64,000 nt of DNA, from the NCBI GenBank assembly GCA_963693365.1, contig CAVNZM010000019.1, forward strand, positions 283,227-347,226. Reading direction: 5' to 3'. This stretch comes from Amoebidium appalachense (taxonomy: Eukaryota; Protista; Ichthyosporea). The translations under genes and the position numbers were made by a program. Positions 44,559 to 62,212 of the stretch are shown here, piece after piece. The notes beneath the pieces were generated by a model. That model worked only from the letters and a program-made list of their open reading frames with translations. It made no database searches and was not told the origin of the DNA. Every line of letters begins with the position of its first letter. Within the stretch, counting starts at the first letter, position 1.

Positions 44559-45329
44559 TTTGCCTGTGTTGCCTGAGTATCTGTGTTTGTAGAATGCAAT
44601 GGCATCGGCCGAGTGGATGTGACCTTATATACTTGCTTGGCAATTCCGCGACATATGATTGGATGTCAGACTTTGTTATTTGAGTGGATTCTATTGGCAG
44701 CCACGCTGGATTGGCTTTTTGGTGATCTTAGTCCCAGAGTAGTGCAAAACGACTCAAGATATTTCCGAGCCGCTAATGCACTCAATGTTTACAAATGCAA
44801 CATCAAAACATTGACGTAGTACCTACAGTTTCTCGGATGGTTTAACCTTCTTTGATTTAATCGAGTTAAACACAACCTTTTACCCATCAAACATTTCATC
44901 ACCAAGGGCTTCTTTGAAATCGATGCTCGACCAATCGCAGACAACCAATCACAATTAACCAATCAGATATGAATAGAATGTTCACTGAAGTCTCAAGCCA
45001 AAGAGCACAAGTTCGATATCCAGTAAATTCGCGCTTCACATATGAACCCACTATGTTATCATGATTTTTATTGTTTATTTCCCATATATACAGACATACA
45101 TGTTCCCACATAATTTCATGCAGATACAGTTGAACCTACCATCCTTTCCTAATCTTGCCAACATGACCACGAGTCATGAAGGAGCTAGCCTCACCCCCTT
45201 GTGAGCCACATGCTGGGTCCAGGGCGCCACAGCACCAACGTTGCCGACAGTGGGTGACGTCATAATGACGTCATAAACGACGATCCTATCTCAGCGCTCT
45301 GGAGTGTGTCGATCCTATGTCAGCGCTCT

Positions 45330-45447
<118 letters not shown>

Positions 45448-45817
45448 TTGGGGGGGGGTCTGTGGTGTAGGAAAGGATGGTAGGTTCAACTGTATCTGTA
45501 TCTGGTTATTGGTAATAAACAATGACACCACACCAACAAAATTGAGTCGGGTGCGAGCCAAACCATTTTTTTGTGTTGTGTGTGTGTGTGTGTGTGTTGT
45601 GTGTGGTGGGGGGGGGGGGGGAGGAGGGAGGGAGCGCAGATCCTTGCTTTGCACACTTTGTACCGTCTGTAATCACTTACCTGCTCACTCAAGTGAATTC
45701 GAAGCACACAGATGTGATGGTGTGTGTGTGCGTCTGTGTGCACACGTGTGTGTGTGTGCACACGTGTGTGTGTGGTGTGTGTGCACACGTTGTGTTTGCG
45801 TGTTGTGGTTTTTTTTT

Positions 45818-45940
<123 letters not shown>

Positions 45941-46223
45941 TTGGGGGGGGGGGGGGGGGGGGGCTGTGGTGTAGGAAAGGATGGTAGGTCCAACTGTATC
46001 TGTATCTGGGTATTGGTTCACATTAACGAGAGTTTATTCTTAAGTCTTGGATCAAATCCCTGCACTATGCCTGGAACTCTCCGATCGGCTCTGGGGACAT
46101 CATCATTTTTCCGTCATTTACACAGAGCACCAGAGGTGGTTCGGGCGGATCGGTTTGCTCGTTCTATAACTCTAGCGCTATACACTAACACCCCCAAGCG
46201 ACCAGCGCTACACAACCCACACT

Positions 46224-48114
46224 TCACTCACTATCACTGTCCGCAATCACCACAACATCAACGGGCCCCTCGTGCTTCTGCAGGTGCGCGACCTTGCGGC
46301 GACGCCCCAGCCGCCCGCGCTGCACATACACGTCGAGCTGTGTCTGCCCCTTGATCTGCTCGCCGCGATCGGCCAGGGGCGTGTCGAGGCTGACAGTGCG
46401 CCCGAGGTCCAGGGGGCGGATGTTGGGGAACTTGTCCTGGATAGCGCCCAGCCAGACGGCCATCTCAATTGGCACCCCGATGTCTGTGGGGACCACCACC
46501 TTGTCGTCAAGGGTGGACTGGAACAGCTGTCCCCTGCAGAAGCCGACGTACCAGCCCACAAAGTTGTTCATAAACGTGTAGAGCTGCTGCGTGGTCATGT
46601 CCATCCAGCAGGTCAGCACGTGTCCGGTCCACAGGCGGATGCGCTCCTTGATGGCGCGCTGCAGCCCGTTGGTTGCCGCCGCAACCGACAACACATTGGT
46701 CGGGAACAGCACGCACACACCGGTAACGGCCATCACCATACTTGTGTACTTGCCGGCACAGCGCACTTCGTGGCCTTCCAACGTCCCCACACACATGGAG
46801 ATGAATGCCCGAACCAGGCGCCGGAAGTCGGTGTTGTCAATGTACTTGGCATCGGCTGACTGCGGCCCCAGCTTGACGCGTTCGAGGGCGGCGACCAGGG
46901 GTGCGAGCGCCTCGTCCAGTGCGGTCTCGGCTGCCTGCTTGGGATCCTCAAGGGTTGCACGAGCCTCCGCAGCAGCGACAGCTTCAGCCTCTGCAGTGGC
47001 AAGAGTTGCCAAAAAGGCCGTGTACTTCCCGTCGTTGAGGTTGCGCATGAGACGCACAAACCCCTTCTCGATGTCAAGGGCCAGCCCACGGAAATCGCGA
47101 GCCAGCCAGCCCGAGTTCGCATCCGAGCCCATGATAGCGGCCATCCGAAAGCCCTCTGGTTTCAAAAGGTGATCTTGTTCGGTACGGCCACCGATGCTCT
47201 GTGGACAACAAGGTTAGCGATGAGTCTTTTTTTTTTTGCGGGTCATATATGGAGCCCTACAACGATGGATACCCCATATAACAGCGAAAGATTGATGAGC
47301 GAGCTAAACCTTACATGGGGAAGGGCGCAGGAGGCCATAAGAAGAGCAATTATCCGAAATAAATGGAAGAACAACAAGGATTACCGAAGCAAAGCCATGC
47401 CATCAACCGGGGGGCGGCCAAGAATTTCATACAAGTTTACACGCCAAGCTTTTGAAACAATTGTAAAAAGCTTCAAACCATCAGGCAAACAAGCAGAAGA
47501 AATTGTTCGTGTGCGGCTGCAACAACGAGAGGGCGGGAAAAAGCAACGAATAGCACGTGGGGAAATTGATCTCTTAACCGATAAAGATGTAATCGAAGTG
47601 AAACATGTTCGTGGTTGGAAAGGTGCACTCGGACAAATTTTGGTGTACGGGTTGGAATTTCCAAAGCACACAAGAAGAATCCATCTCTTCGGGGAGGCGC
47701 CACCCAGCTATTACGCAGACGTCGTTGGCTGTCTACTGAGGTTTGGAATCTCCGTTTCCATAGAGCCCGGGGAATGCGATATAGCAAAACTCAACGAGTA
47801 CCTCAACAACTCACCTTCTCAACCACCCGGTACTGGTGGGCAGGCATCGCAGCAGGAACACCATTCTGCCCCTTGAACATGACCCTCACGAAGTCATTGT
47901 ACCTCCGGTACCCCAGCAGCTTGAACACGGCGCGCCCGGAGATGGTCTCGGTGCTGTCCAGCAGGAACGGGTCCAGGAAGCGCAGCACCTTGACCACCAC
48001 GTCGTCGCCCACGGTGCCCAACAGGCGCTCGAGCTCGGGGGAGATGGGAGGGAAGCCAGCCTCGCAGGCACCGGCAATGTTGAGGCGCTCGTAGATGGCG
48101 TAGGTGGAAGCCAT
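46224..48114 (-). CDS. Spliced AntA/MSV199-like protein, divergent copy C (exons 48114-47815, 47198-46224)
   Basis: Donor AAG|GTGAGT, branch gctaac and acceptor CCACAG|AGC. The join reads ...YRVVEK|SIGGRTEQDHLLKPEGF. The C-terminus DVVVIADSDSE is conserved. Confidence 0.8.
47265..47876 (+). CDS. AntA-like + PD-(D/E)XK nuclease, nested antisense in an intron
   Basis: KDY...STGGRPRISYKFT..AF, then GEIDLLTDKDVIEVKHVRGWKGALGQILVY...RIHLFG. More AT-rich than the host exons. Confidence 0.8.
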   Translation: MDTPYNSERLMSELNLTWGRAQEAIRRAIIRNKWKNNKDYRSKAMPSTGGRPRISYKFTRQAFETIVKSFKPSGKQAEEIVRVRLQQREGGKKQRIARGEIDLLTDKDVIEVKHVRGWKGALGQILVYGLEFPKHTRRIHLFGEAPPSYYADVVGCLLRFGISVSIEPGECDIAKLNEYLNNSPSQPPGTGGQASQQEHHSAP

Positions 48115-48500
48115 GGTCACTGGTTGTGTGTTGTGTGTGTACCGTAAAGGTGCTGGCTGTCCAGCGCTTGCTGTGTTTATATAGGGGGCATCCGGCGTTT
48201 CATTGGTTGTTCGCTTCATTGGTTGTAGGAGGAGAGGAATGGAATCCAGCATTCGATTGGAGAGAAGTGCAAAGAATACTGGTCCCAGATGATTGGGTCG
48301 ATTTGTTCGGCGCTACGTGCACTTTTTACACATATGCTGCATGCCATTCCCCTAACCAATCGAATGCTGCATTCCACCCCCTCCTTCTACACCCAATGAA
48401 GCGCCGTTTTACGGTGCTCACACACCCGTCACAACCCCTGTAACTCCAAAGTGCCAACTTTTCAATTCTAAATTATAATAGCGCTATCATCAGTAGTGTG

Positions 48501-49976
<1,476 letters not shown>

Positions 49977-49995
49977 TGTTTGTGTGTGGGTGGGG

Positions 49996-50040
<45 letters not shown>

Positions 50041-50083
50041 GGAGGGGGGAAGCACAAAGATATACACACGGGCGTGGGGGGGG

Positions 50084-50120
<37 letters not shown>

Positions 50121-50421
50121 GGATTTGGGGATGGGGGAAGGGGGTGTGTGTGTGTGTGTTTTGGGGGGGAGGGGTGTGTGTGTGTGTGTGTTTTGGTGGG
50201 GGGGGGGGAGGGTTTTTTTTTTTTTTTTGGGGGGCAGGGGGATATGGGGGCACAAAAGCACATACACACGGGCGGGGGGGGGGGGACTCTGCCGGGCGAG
50301 GACTCCTGTTCAGACCGAACCGGACCAGACTGCGGTCCAAAGGGGTCGGACCGGACCGGAAGGGGGTGTTTTAATGCATTTTTACAACCACGTTTTCACT
50401 TCGCCAAGCCCGTTGGCCTTA

Positions 50422-52093
50422 TCAAGCACACACCAGATTCCCGAGAAAGTACCCTCTTGCCTTATGGCACGGATAGCCGGGCTTTCCTAAACGGTTCCTA
50501 GGGAATTTCACAGCATAAACTTCCCCTTTTTTATGGCGCATCACCTCTATCTTGTCTATAGCCCTAAAATACACAGTTACCTGCTTGCCCAAAAACCTAG
50601 CTACTTCATCCGTAGACAGAGGCGCTCGTGCGAAAGTCCTGCTCTCACTGCTAGCCTTCTTGTGGAACAGGTCCCTGAGGTGACGAAGAAGATAGACCGC
50701 ACCACAGGGGGCCGATTCCTTGAGCCGATTGAAGAATTTGCTAACTAGCCGCTCCCTGTGAGTGGGCGTCCTCTTGGTGCGCTTAGCACTTCTGGTGTCG
50801 GCGGCGCGGGTGTCCGAAGCAGGGCGCTTTTGGGGTGCTGTGTGCTGCGCGTCGGCCTTGGCGAGAAGCCCCTGGATCTCGTCGACAACCCGTTTTCCTT
50901 TGGCGCGGACGATATCCGTGTCCGTGCTATCCCGCACGCCGTCGACCAGTAGGATGAGGCTCTCCAGTGTCTGCTGATAAAATACAAGGATGCGGTTGAC
51001 GCCGCGTTCGTCGTAGACGGGGTTGTCATAAATTTCATCGCGGTAGGCCCGCTCGAACCCTCGGGCACTGCTGATAATATCTTGTAGCCGTTTCAGTTTA
51101 TCCTCTTGCGCGGCACGCCGTTCCTCTGTCACTGTGCTCTCCTGTTCGTGTTCCGTCTCCTTTACACCCATCTCCTCGTTATCACAGTCGTTACACAACG
51201 GATGATCCTCCCCGTGTCCCTCAGGCATTTGGGTCTCCCCGCCCCCGTCCGCCTCGACCATTTCCCCGTCTGCCCCCGTCCCTCCATCCCTGTCTGCCCC
51301 GTCCACGACCTCCGCCACATCCACGATATTCGCCACATGCCCCCTCTCGGCATCCATCACCGTCTCCTGTTCCCTCTGTTCGTTTGTTCCCATCCTTCTC
51401 AGTTCTATCTCGAGGCGTGTATTTTGTATACGGAGTTCCATCATCCTCTCGTCGTGCCGACGCTTCATCTCGCGCTCGTCGTGCTCAAGTTGGAGTTTTA
51501 ATTTAAACTCCTCGTGTTGAAAACCCGCTACTTTCGCGGCGAGTGCAGTCGCTTCTGCCTGCTTCGCCGCTACGTGCAGTATGGAGTGGTAGTTGTGCTC
51601 GTCGCCAGGCTCACCGTGGTGTACAGCCTGCTCGTAGTTAGGCAGGGGGGGTGGCAACAAGAGTGGGTTCTGTTTACCCGCTGTCGACGCACTCGCGTTG
51701 TTTGCAGAGACGTCATGTGTGGGGTTTTGGTGGGGCGCAAGGGTGGCCGGGTGGGCGGCGTCGTGTGATTCTTTCGCGCATTTGAACTACTTGGTCCACT
51801 TGGGTCTGAGAGGCGCCTATCGCGCGGAAGAAGCGCTCGCCGTCTGCCTCTAAAAACTCCGCGGATGTGGCGCTCTCGGTGGCCATTAACATTTGGCTGA
51901 TTGTGTCCGCAGGGGCAAAGTAATAGTGGGAGCCACGTGCACCCGAGACCGTGGTAAACAGAGCACGATTCCGCTGCAGCATCAGTTTCATGGCCTTTAT
52001 TGCCGTGCTCCGCATTCCGTTATAAGCTACGGTAAAGCAGTCGACGACGTCGAATTCTCCATTTTTTTTTTCGTACTTCAAACAATTTTCCAT
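50422..52093 (-). CDS. Bro-like N-terminus + coiled coil + BAG-like domain protein (frame break at ~51660-51730)
   Basis: ORFs 52093-51713 and 51660-50422 are collinear. [13 protein letters not shown]....[22 protein letters not shown] fits the BAG helix 2-3 pattern. Basic KRTKR follows. Confidence 0.6.
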
Positions 52094-52418
52094 TACTTCT
52101 GATGAAATGGAGAAGAGATGTCATCGTGCAGTACAGCATCGCGCAGATTCGAAACTACAGAGACTGTGCCGATCAGCAGCCACCGTGATGGTCCATATTA
52201 TATCGCTCATCAAAGGTTTGTCACGAACCCCGCAGTCCCATTGGCTGCACTAACGATTGTTTGTCTACACACACACATATATATATATACATGTACCTGT
52301 CTCTACATAGTATAACATCGGCATACATAGTGTACTTTTACATCCATACTAATGTTTATATTTAAAATATAAGTATATATGTTTATAAGGTAGAAAGTAA
52401 TAAAAAGCCCAATGTTTA

Positions 52419-52757
52419 ACGTGCACCCGAGACCGTGGTTTCTTTTTCAAACAGAGCACGATTCCGATGCAGCATCAGTTTCCGGGTCTTTATTGCCGTG
52501 CTCCGAATTCCGTTATAAGCTACGGTAAAGCAGTCGACGACGTCGAATTCTCCATTTTTTTTTTTCGTACTTCAAACGATTTTCCATTACTTCTGATGAA
52601 ATGGAGAAGAGATGTCATCGTGCAGTACAGCATCGCGCAGATTCGAAACTACAGAGACTGTGCCGATCAGCAGCCACCGTGATGGTCCATATTATATCGA
52701 TCATCAAAGGTTTGACACGAACCCCGCAGTCCCATTGGCTGCACTAACGATTGTTTT
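52419..52757. repeat. Direct duplication of ~51937-52262
   Basis: acgtgcacccgagaccgtgg ... ccattggctgcactaacgattgttt is repeated with few changes. It covers the promoter and 5' end of the BAG-like gene. Confidence 0.9.
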
Positions 52758-52809
52758 GTACAGTTGACCTACCATCCTTTCCTACACCACACCCCCCCCC
52801 CCCCACACA

Positions 52810-52851
<42 letters not shown>

Positions 52852-52918
52852 GTGTATCAACGTATTTTCCATTACATTGTGTGTGTGTGTGTGTGTGTGC
52901 GTGTGTGTGTGTGTGTGT

Positions 52919-53717
52919 GCATAGCGCTAGAGTTGTGTAGCGCTGAAAGCGCATATTTATGAAGGCGCTCCCATCAGTGAGTTGGGTTGCACTCACCGAC
53001 TATCCAATCAAATCACTGCAATGACTTCATCGGCAATTTCATTATTCAAACTGTCGGGATGCGCGCGATTTGATTGGTGAGTTGATGAGTTGCTACAGAA
53101 ACCGACTTTCCATACCCCACACACCACACACCATGCACCTACATGTATACGTATGTTACAGTATCATTCTTGCATATGTAGGTATCTATATAAATATAAA
53201 TATATATATATATATTAAAATCAAATAAAAGACATATGAACTTCACTTTTGTAAATATTTATTTATATATTTATATTAAATGAACATTGAAGTAGTCTTC
53301 CAAGTATAGCAACCCAGTCATCCGATGTAGTATCACTACATGATCCTTTTGGAAGAAGGTTAGAAGAATATGAAAAGGTCAGTGTATACAAATAAAAATT
53401 AGAATACAAAGAAATGTATATATATATATTATGTGTATATAAGTATACATATGTATAAAAATATGTACGCTTGTATGTATATGTGTATGATATATATAGA
53501 TGTATGTGTGTGTGGTGTGTGGGGTATGAAAAGTCGGTTTCTGTAGCAACTCATCAACTCACCAATCAAATCGCGCGCATCCCGACAGTTTGAATAATGA
53601 AATTGCCGATGAAGTCATTGCAGTGATTTGATTGGATAGTCGGTGAGTGCAACCCAACTCACTGATGGGAGCGCCTTCATAATTCGCTTTCAGCGCTACA
53701 CAACTCTAGCGCTATGC
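52919..53717. repeat. Foldback element copy 3 (~210-bp inverted arms) embedded in (TG)n/(CA)n
   Basis: gcatagcgctagagttgtgtagcgctgaaagcg... and ...cgctttcagcgctacacaactctagcgctatgc. Same AT-rich core as 1402-2092, inverted. A fourth noisy copy lies at ~55590-55910. Confidence 0.9.
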
Positions 53718-53743
53718 ACACACACACACACACGCACACACAC

Positions 53744-53990
53744 AAGGCCGGTTCCCCCCCCATCACCCCCGAGCTTGAGCAGCTGCTGGGCACTGTAAGG
53801 GACGATGTGGTTGCTAAGATGCTGCGCTTTCTGGACCCCTTTCTGCATGACAACACCGAGACCATCTCTGGGCGCGCCATTTTTGGGCTGTTGGGGTATG
53901 GCAACTAAACAGTTGTGCGCGCATTCAGGGTGTGAAAAGTTCCATCGTCGGCCTACTGGCAACTACTTGCCGTTGAGATGGAGGTGTGTT
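53744..53990 (+). pseudogene. Degenerate exon-1 fragment of the AntA-like family
   Basis: AGSPPITPELEQLLGTVRDDVVAKMLRFLDPFL...LLGYGN followed by a stop. Confidence 0.7.
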
Positions 53991-54270
53991 CTGTTTCAAT
54001 TGCTTTGAACTATTGACGTAATAATTGTCAGCCAGTTGGGCTGTCAATTGTCTGATTGGTTGTGTGATTAATTTTCTTGGTCATGCATATGGTCTAGAAC
54101 CATGGTTGTAAAAGGCAACGACAATAAAGCACAGCAAAATATAAAAACACGGGAGCAATGGGAGCCCAATGCGCGTTACTATGTTAACACAGAACCACCC
54201 ACCACCAACCCACCACCCCCACAAACACCCACACACCCACACACACACAAACAATAACACACCACACACA

Positions 54271-56973
<2,703 letters not shown>

Positions 56974-57389
56974 CGCACTACTTACGGATGATAGCGCTAT
57001 TATATATTAGAATGGAAAAGTTGGCACTTTGGAGTTACATTGGGTTTGTGACAGGTGTGTGAGCACCGTAAAGCGGTGCTTCATTGGGTGTAGAAGGAAT
57101 GCAGCATTCGATTGGAGAGGAGAATGGCATGCAGCATATGTGTAGAAAGTGCATGTAGCGCCGAACAAATCGACCCAATCATCTGGGACCAGTATTTCTC
57201 CCCAATCCTCTCCAATCAAATGCTGGATTCCATTCCTCTCCTCCTACAACCAATGAAGCGTACAACCAATGAAGCGTAGGCAGCCCCCTATATGACACAG
57301 CAACTCGCGCTGGACAGTCAGTACCTTTACGGTACACACACAGCACACAACCCCCAAACTCCAAAGCGCCAACTCTTCCACCAGCGACC

Positions 57390-57688
57390 ATGGCTTCCAC
57401 CTACGCCATCTACGAGCGCCTAGACATTGCCGGCGCCCGCGAGGCCGGTTTCCCCCCATCACCCCCGAGCTTGAGCAGCTGCTGGGCACCGTGGGGGACG
57501 ATGTGGTGGCGAAGGTGCTGCGTTTTCTCGACCCATTCCTGTTGGACAGCACCGAGACCATCTCAGGGCGTGCTGTGTTTGGCCTGCTGGGTTACAGCGA
57601 CTACAGGGAGTTTGTTAGGATCATGTTTAGGGGGCGCGACCATAAAGATGGCCTTCTCAATCCATCATTATTCAATGTCGTGGAGATG
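57390..57688 (+). pseudogene. Exon 1 of an AntA-like paralog (1-nt frameshift in a C run; no exon 2 seen)
   Basis: MASTYAIYERLDIAGAREAGFPP...FNVVEM|GTAAGC, preceded by the end motif and a CCAAT promoter (56976-57389). Confidence 0.65.
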
Positions 57689-57702
57689 GTAAGCGTTTGC
57701 TA

Positions 57703-58243
57703 CGTTTTGTGGTGGCCTGGCTCAAAAGCCCCCTGTTCTATTTTTGGCAAGCTTCGGACTCTGGTTTCTATTTATAGTCCATGTTGACGTCATCACTTTT
57801 GTGGTGGCCTGGCTCAAAAGCCCCCTGTTCTATTTTTGGCAAGCTTCGGACTCTGGTTTCTATTTATAGTCCATGTTGACGTCATCACTTTTGTGGTGGC
57901 CTGGCTCAAAAGCCCCCTGTTCTATTTTTGGCAAGCTTCGGACTCTGTTTTCTATTTATAGTCCATGTTGACGTCATCACTTTTGTGGTGGCCTGGCTCA
58001 AAAGCCCCCTGTTCTATTTTTGGTAAGCTTCGGACTCTGGTTTCTATTTATAGTCCATGTTGACGTCATCACTTTTGTGGTGGCCTGGCTCAAAAGCCCC
58101 CTGTTCTATTTTTGGCAAGCTTCGGACTTTGGTTTCTATTTATAGTCCATGTTGACGTCATCACTTTTGTGGTGGCCTGGCTCAAAAGCCCCCTGTTCTA
58201 TTTTTGGCAAGCTTCGGACTTTGGTTTCTATTTATAGTCCATG
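57703..58243. repeat. 92-bp tandem repeat (~5.9 copies), inverted relative to 470-904
   Basis: ttttgtggtggcctggctcaaaagccccc... at 57705, 57797, 57889, 57981, 58073 and 58165. Confidence 0.95.
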
Positions 58244-59448
58244 CAATTCTAGTTGCTAACACAAAGACTGTTTGTAAACAGTTGGACTAGCTAGGATAAG
58301 GCAGAGTACAACTGAATCAAAATAAAGACAGAGAACGGGTAGAAAGGCACACGCGGCCAGGTTGCTTTTACTATGGGCCGACTCAGTCTGTCTCAGACTT
58401 CACTGATGTGATCCCCGTACTGGGACGGCTTTGTTATATAGCCCCCAGGTTTCGGATCAAGGCCCAGGATTGGTTCATCCGCGGCCAGCGCGGGTGGCAA
58501 CATGCCATTCGTGATTCTGGTGCGGTCCGAGCCAGTCAGACCTTTGTCCTATTTATGCAAACCTCTTATTGGTTCAATTCGTTTATGTGGTATGCAGCTG
58601 AAGAACCATATATGGTTCAATTCTTAGGTCAGAGTGAGTCCTATTGGTGTGGACATAATATTTATGTGATATTCATGACAAAGAACGAATTGTGTGCTAG
58701 TAGATCACATTCTTTAGTAAACATGTACAGTTCATGTGTACAGTTGTTTACACTCCCCCCCTTGTCGGGAGCCTGGTGGTGTCGTTAGGCAAGCAAACCA
58801 CCAGGCTGAGAGGCGATAAACAACCTTCAGCGAGAATTCTTGTGCGCCGAGCTGCTGGGCAGAACAGAGCAAGGATGGTTGAATAGAGTTGTGCACGTCT
58901 ATGAGCACTTCTTCGTTTGCCAAAACGTAAATTCATGCAGCATTCTTCTGTGCGTTCATTTTCGTGGCGAAGATTGTTGCAGTGTTCGTGCGAATTGTTC
59001 GCTTCGTCTCTGTGCTTGGCTTTTTCTGTAGAAGTAATATTTTCCTTTTTGGGAATTTTTCCTTTTTAGGATACTCCCGCAGATTCGTTTTCAATTGCGA
59101 GTAATTTGGTTGTGTGGATGAATGATCATACCAAGCATTCGATAATGAATATAACTCAAGCCTTAGGTCACTTCGTAGCTCAGGTAGTGGTGGATAGCTT
59201 CAAGGCTTAGCCGCTGCTCCTTATCCCGGTTCTACCTTAAGACTGTAAGGCGAGTCGCCATGGCCAGAAAAGCCACTTCTTTCATGAACAAATAGCACTT
59301 CTTTCCTTTCAGCTTTAACCCTGCATCATCGGAGCTGGGAAAAACAGAATAAAAATGCCCTTAGTGTTCTTCGTTGGGTGACATAAAGAAATCTATCAGC
59401 CCGTTAGAACCATTAAAAACCCGGTTCATAATTCATAAGTCTATGAAA

Positions 59449-62176
59449 AACACGGCGGGGGGGCGCGGGGGGCGCGGCGGGACCCGGGGGGGGGCGCCGG
59501 GGCGGAGGGGCGCCGCGCGCGGGCGGGCGGGGCGGCGCCGCGGAGCGGCGCGGGGGGGGCCCCGGGGCGCCGGCCGGCCGGGCGGCGCGCCCGGGGGGGC
59601 GCGCACCCCGCCGGGCGGGCGGGCGGGCGAGACAGCGCCGAACGGTGGGCGCGAGAGGGGACACACGCAGACGCCCGCACAGCGCGGGCAGGACCGAGGT
59701 GGAGGTGGACGGGAGCGGGCGCCGCGCCGAGCCGACGGGGCGCGGAGCGGGCGGGGAGGGGCGGGCAGCGGCGGCGGGGAGGCGAGAGGAGGACGCGGCA
59801 CGGGGCGGGGGGCGGAGCGCGGGAGGACGACACCGGGCGGCGGGGGGGGCGAGAAGGCGAGGGTCAGACCCAGGCGGAAGCGCGCCCAGCAGCGCGATGG
59901 GAGCGACAAGCGGGCGCGGCACGAAGGAGACCTCCGCGACCGAGGTGGGAAACAGGCGGGAGATGGGCCCGCGGAGCGGGGCACCGGCAGCGGCGAAGTG
60001 GTCGCGAGGTCCGACCGCAGAACGAGGGAGACGAGCGCAGGGCGGAAGCGGGCAAGGCCGACTCGGCGGTGGTGGCAACGACGTGGGGGCACGGACGCGC
60101 ATGGCAAGTCGATGGACTCGGGCCCCCGGATGTCGACGCGGATGCGGGTGTCGCTGCTGGCGAGGTCGGCCCGTGCCGGGAGCGCGCGGCAGACGAGCGC
60201 GGCGCGGCGCGAGGAAGCGAAGGAAGGAGCAGAGTGCACAAGCAGGTAGTGGTGCCGAAGACCAGCTGTTGTGCGCTGGGGGAAGGGTGGACAGATCGGC
60301 GCCCAGTGGATGGGTGGTGACTGCAAATGGCCGCGGTGAAGAGTGACGGGACGGAAGCAGGCCAGCAACCCCCTGCAGGAGAGCCGCGGACCAACCAGAA
60401 GGGATGCAGGCTGCACGGAACCAATCCGCTGCAGTCGCAGATGGCAGCCGGCCACACAACATCCCCCAACGAAGAATCGAGGGACAGAACGCCCGAAACA
60501 GCAACATAGAACAATGTCAGATGAGCAACCCGAATCTCCCGTGCAGTGCCGCCCGGAACACGCACAGTGGACGGTGGATCGAACCTCGGCACGGTGCAGT
60601 GCAGGCACAGGGCACAATTCCGCGCAGAGTGGCAGCGAACAGAGAAGCGGAACCTGTCATGACAAGCGAGACAAAACAGTGCCCAAGAAAGGACCGAGAG
60701 AACACCGCGGACCAGGAGACACCCTGGCGAGGACAGCCGAGCAGCGACGAGGCCAGACGATGCCGGGCCAGCCGCGGCCCCTCCGTGCCAGTCCCACATC
60801 CACCCGTCGGACACACACACGCATGGACACTGCAACCACGCACGGGGGCGGGCGACCGGCTCCAGGCAACACGACATCGAGATGCGCCGCGGGGTGCCCC
60901 AGGCGCCGACCAGCCCCCACACCGGGCGGACAGCCTCCCCCCTACCCCCGACCCGACCCGAGCCACCCCCCCCCCCGACCCCCCGCACAACCAGCGCGCC
61001 AGCCCGCGCGAGGAGAACCAGCCGCCTGCCCGCCGCCACCGCCTGCACCAGACAATCAGGAACCACGACCCGCCGCGGCCCCCCCCGCGGAGGGGGAGAG
61101 GGGGCCACAGAGACGACGACCACACGGGACGCACAGACGCCCGCGCCCCCAGTGGCCGAGGAGACGCCGGCCCACAGGGCCGGGAGAGGGCGGGGGAGGG
61201 ACGTCGAGGAGCAGGGGCGACAGACGGCACGCGACGCACCGGTCACCGAGCTCGAGAGCTGGGGGTCGGCGACGACCAGGTGCAGGAGAAGCCACGGAGG
61301 ACAGCCCCGTGCCCAGAGTACTGGGGAGGTGTCCGTGGACCGCGCCCCACCCCCACACACTACAGCAGAGAAAAGTCACAGCGGCGGCGGAGCCCCGACC
61401 CCCCCACCGAGCACGCAGTGGACTGCAAGGCGACGAAAGGCGGGGAAGGGGAGGGGGAAAAAACTGCGTGGACGAGGGGGGCAGGGAGAGAAAAAGGAGG
61501 AGAGAAAAAAAAGGAGAAGAGAGCCCAACGGCTGCACGAAAAGGGCGGACAAAATGGGGGGGGGGGGTGTGGGGTGTGTGGTGGGTCCCCTTTTTGTTGT
61601 TGTCCCCCTCCCCCAAAGTGGGTGTGTGTGGGTAGTGTGTGTTGTTGTCCCCCCCCCCAGAATGTGGGTGTGTGTGTGGTGGTGTCCCCCTCCCCCCCAG
61701 AATGTGGTGTGTGTGTGTTGTGTGTGTGTGTGTGTGTGTGTGCCCCCTCCCCCCCCCCAACGAATTGTGGTGTGTGTGTGGTGTGTGTGTGTGTGTGTGT
61801 GTGTGTGGGTCCCCCCTCCCCCTCAACGAATTGGGGTGTGTGTGTGGTGTGTGTGTGTGTGTGTGGGTCCCCTCCCTCCCCCTCAACGAATTGTGGTGTG
61901 TGTGTGGTTGTGTGTTGTGTTGTCCCCCCCCCCCAACGAATGTGGGGGTTTTGTGTGTGTGTGTGTGGGTCCCCCCCCCCCCCAACGAAGGGTGTGTTGT
62001 GTGTGTGTGTGTGGTCCCCCCCCCCCCACGAATGGGGGTGTTTGTGTGTGTGTGTGTGGGTCCCCCCCCCCCCAACGAATGTGGGTGTGGTTGTGTGTGT
62101 GTGTGTGGGTCCCCCCCCCCCTCAACGAATGTGGGTGTTGTGTGTGTGTGTGTGTGGGTCCCCCCCCCCTCAACGA

Positions 62177-62212
<36 letters not shown>

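Noticed and set aside
58244-59448. Short ORFs in the unrelated flank
   Set aside because: No recognisable motifs; possible host or retroelement debris, but unsupported.
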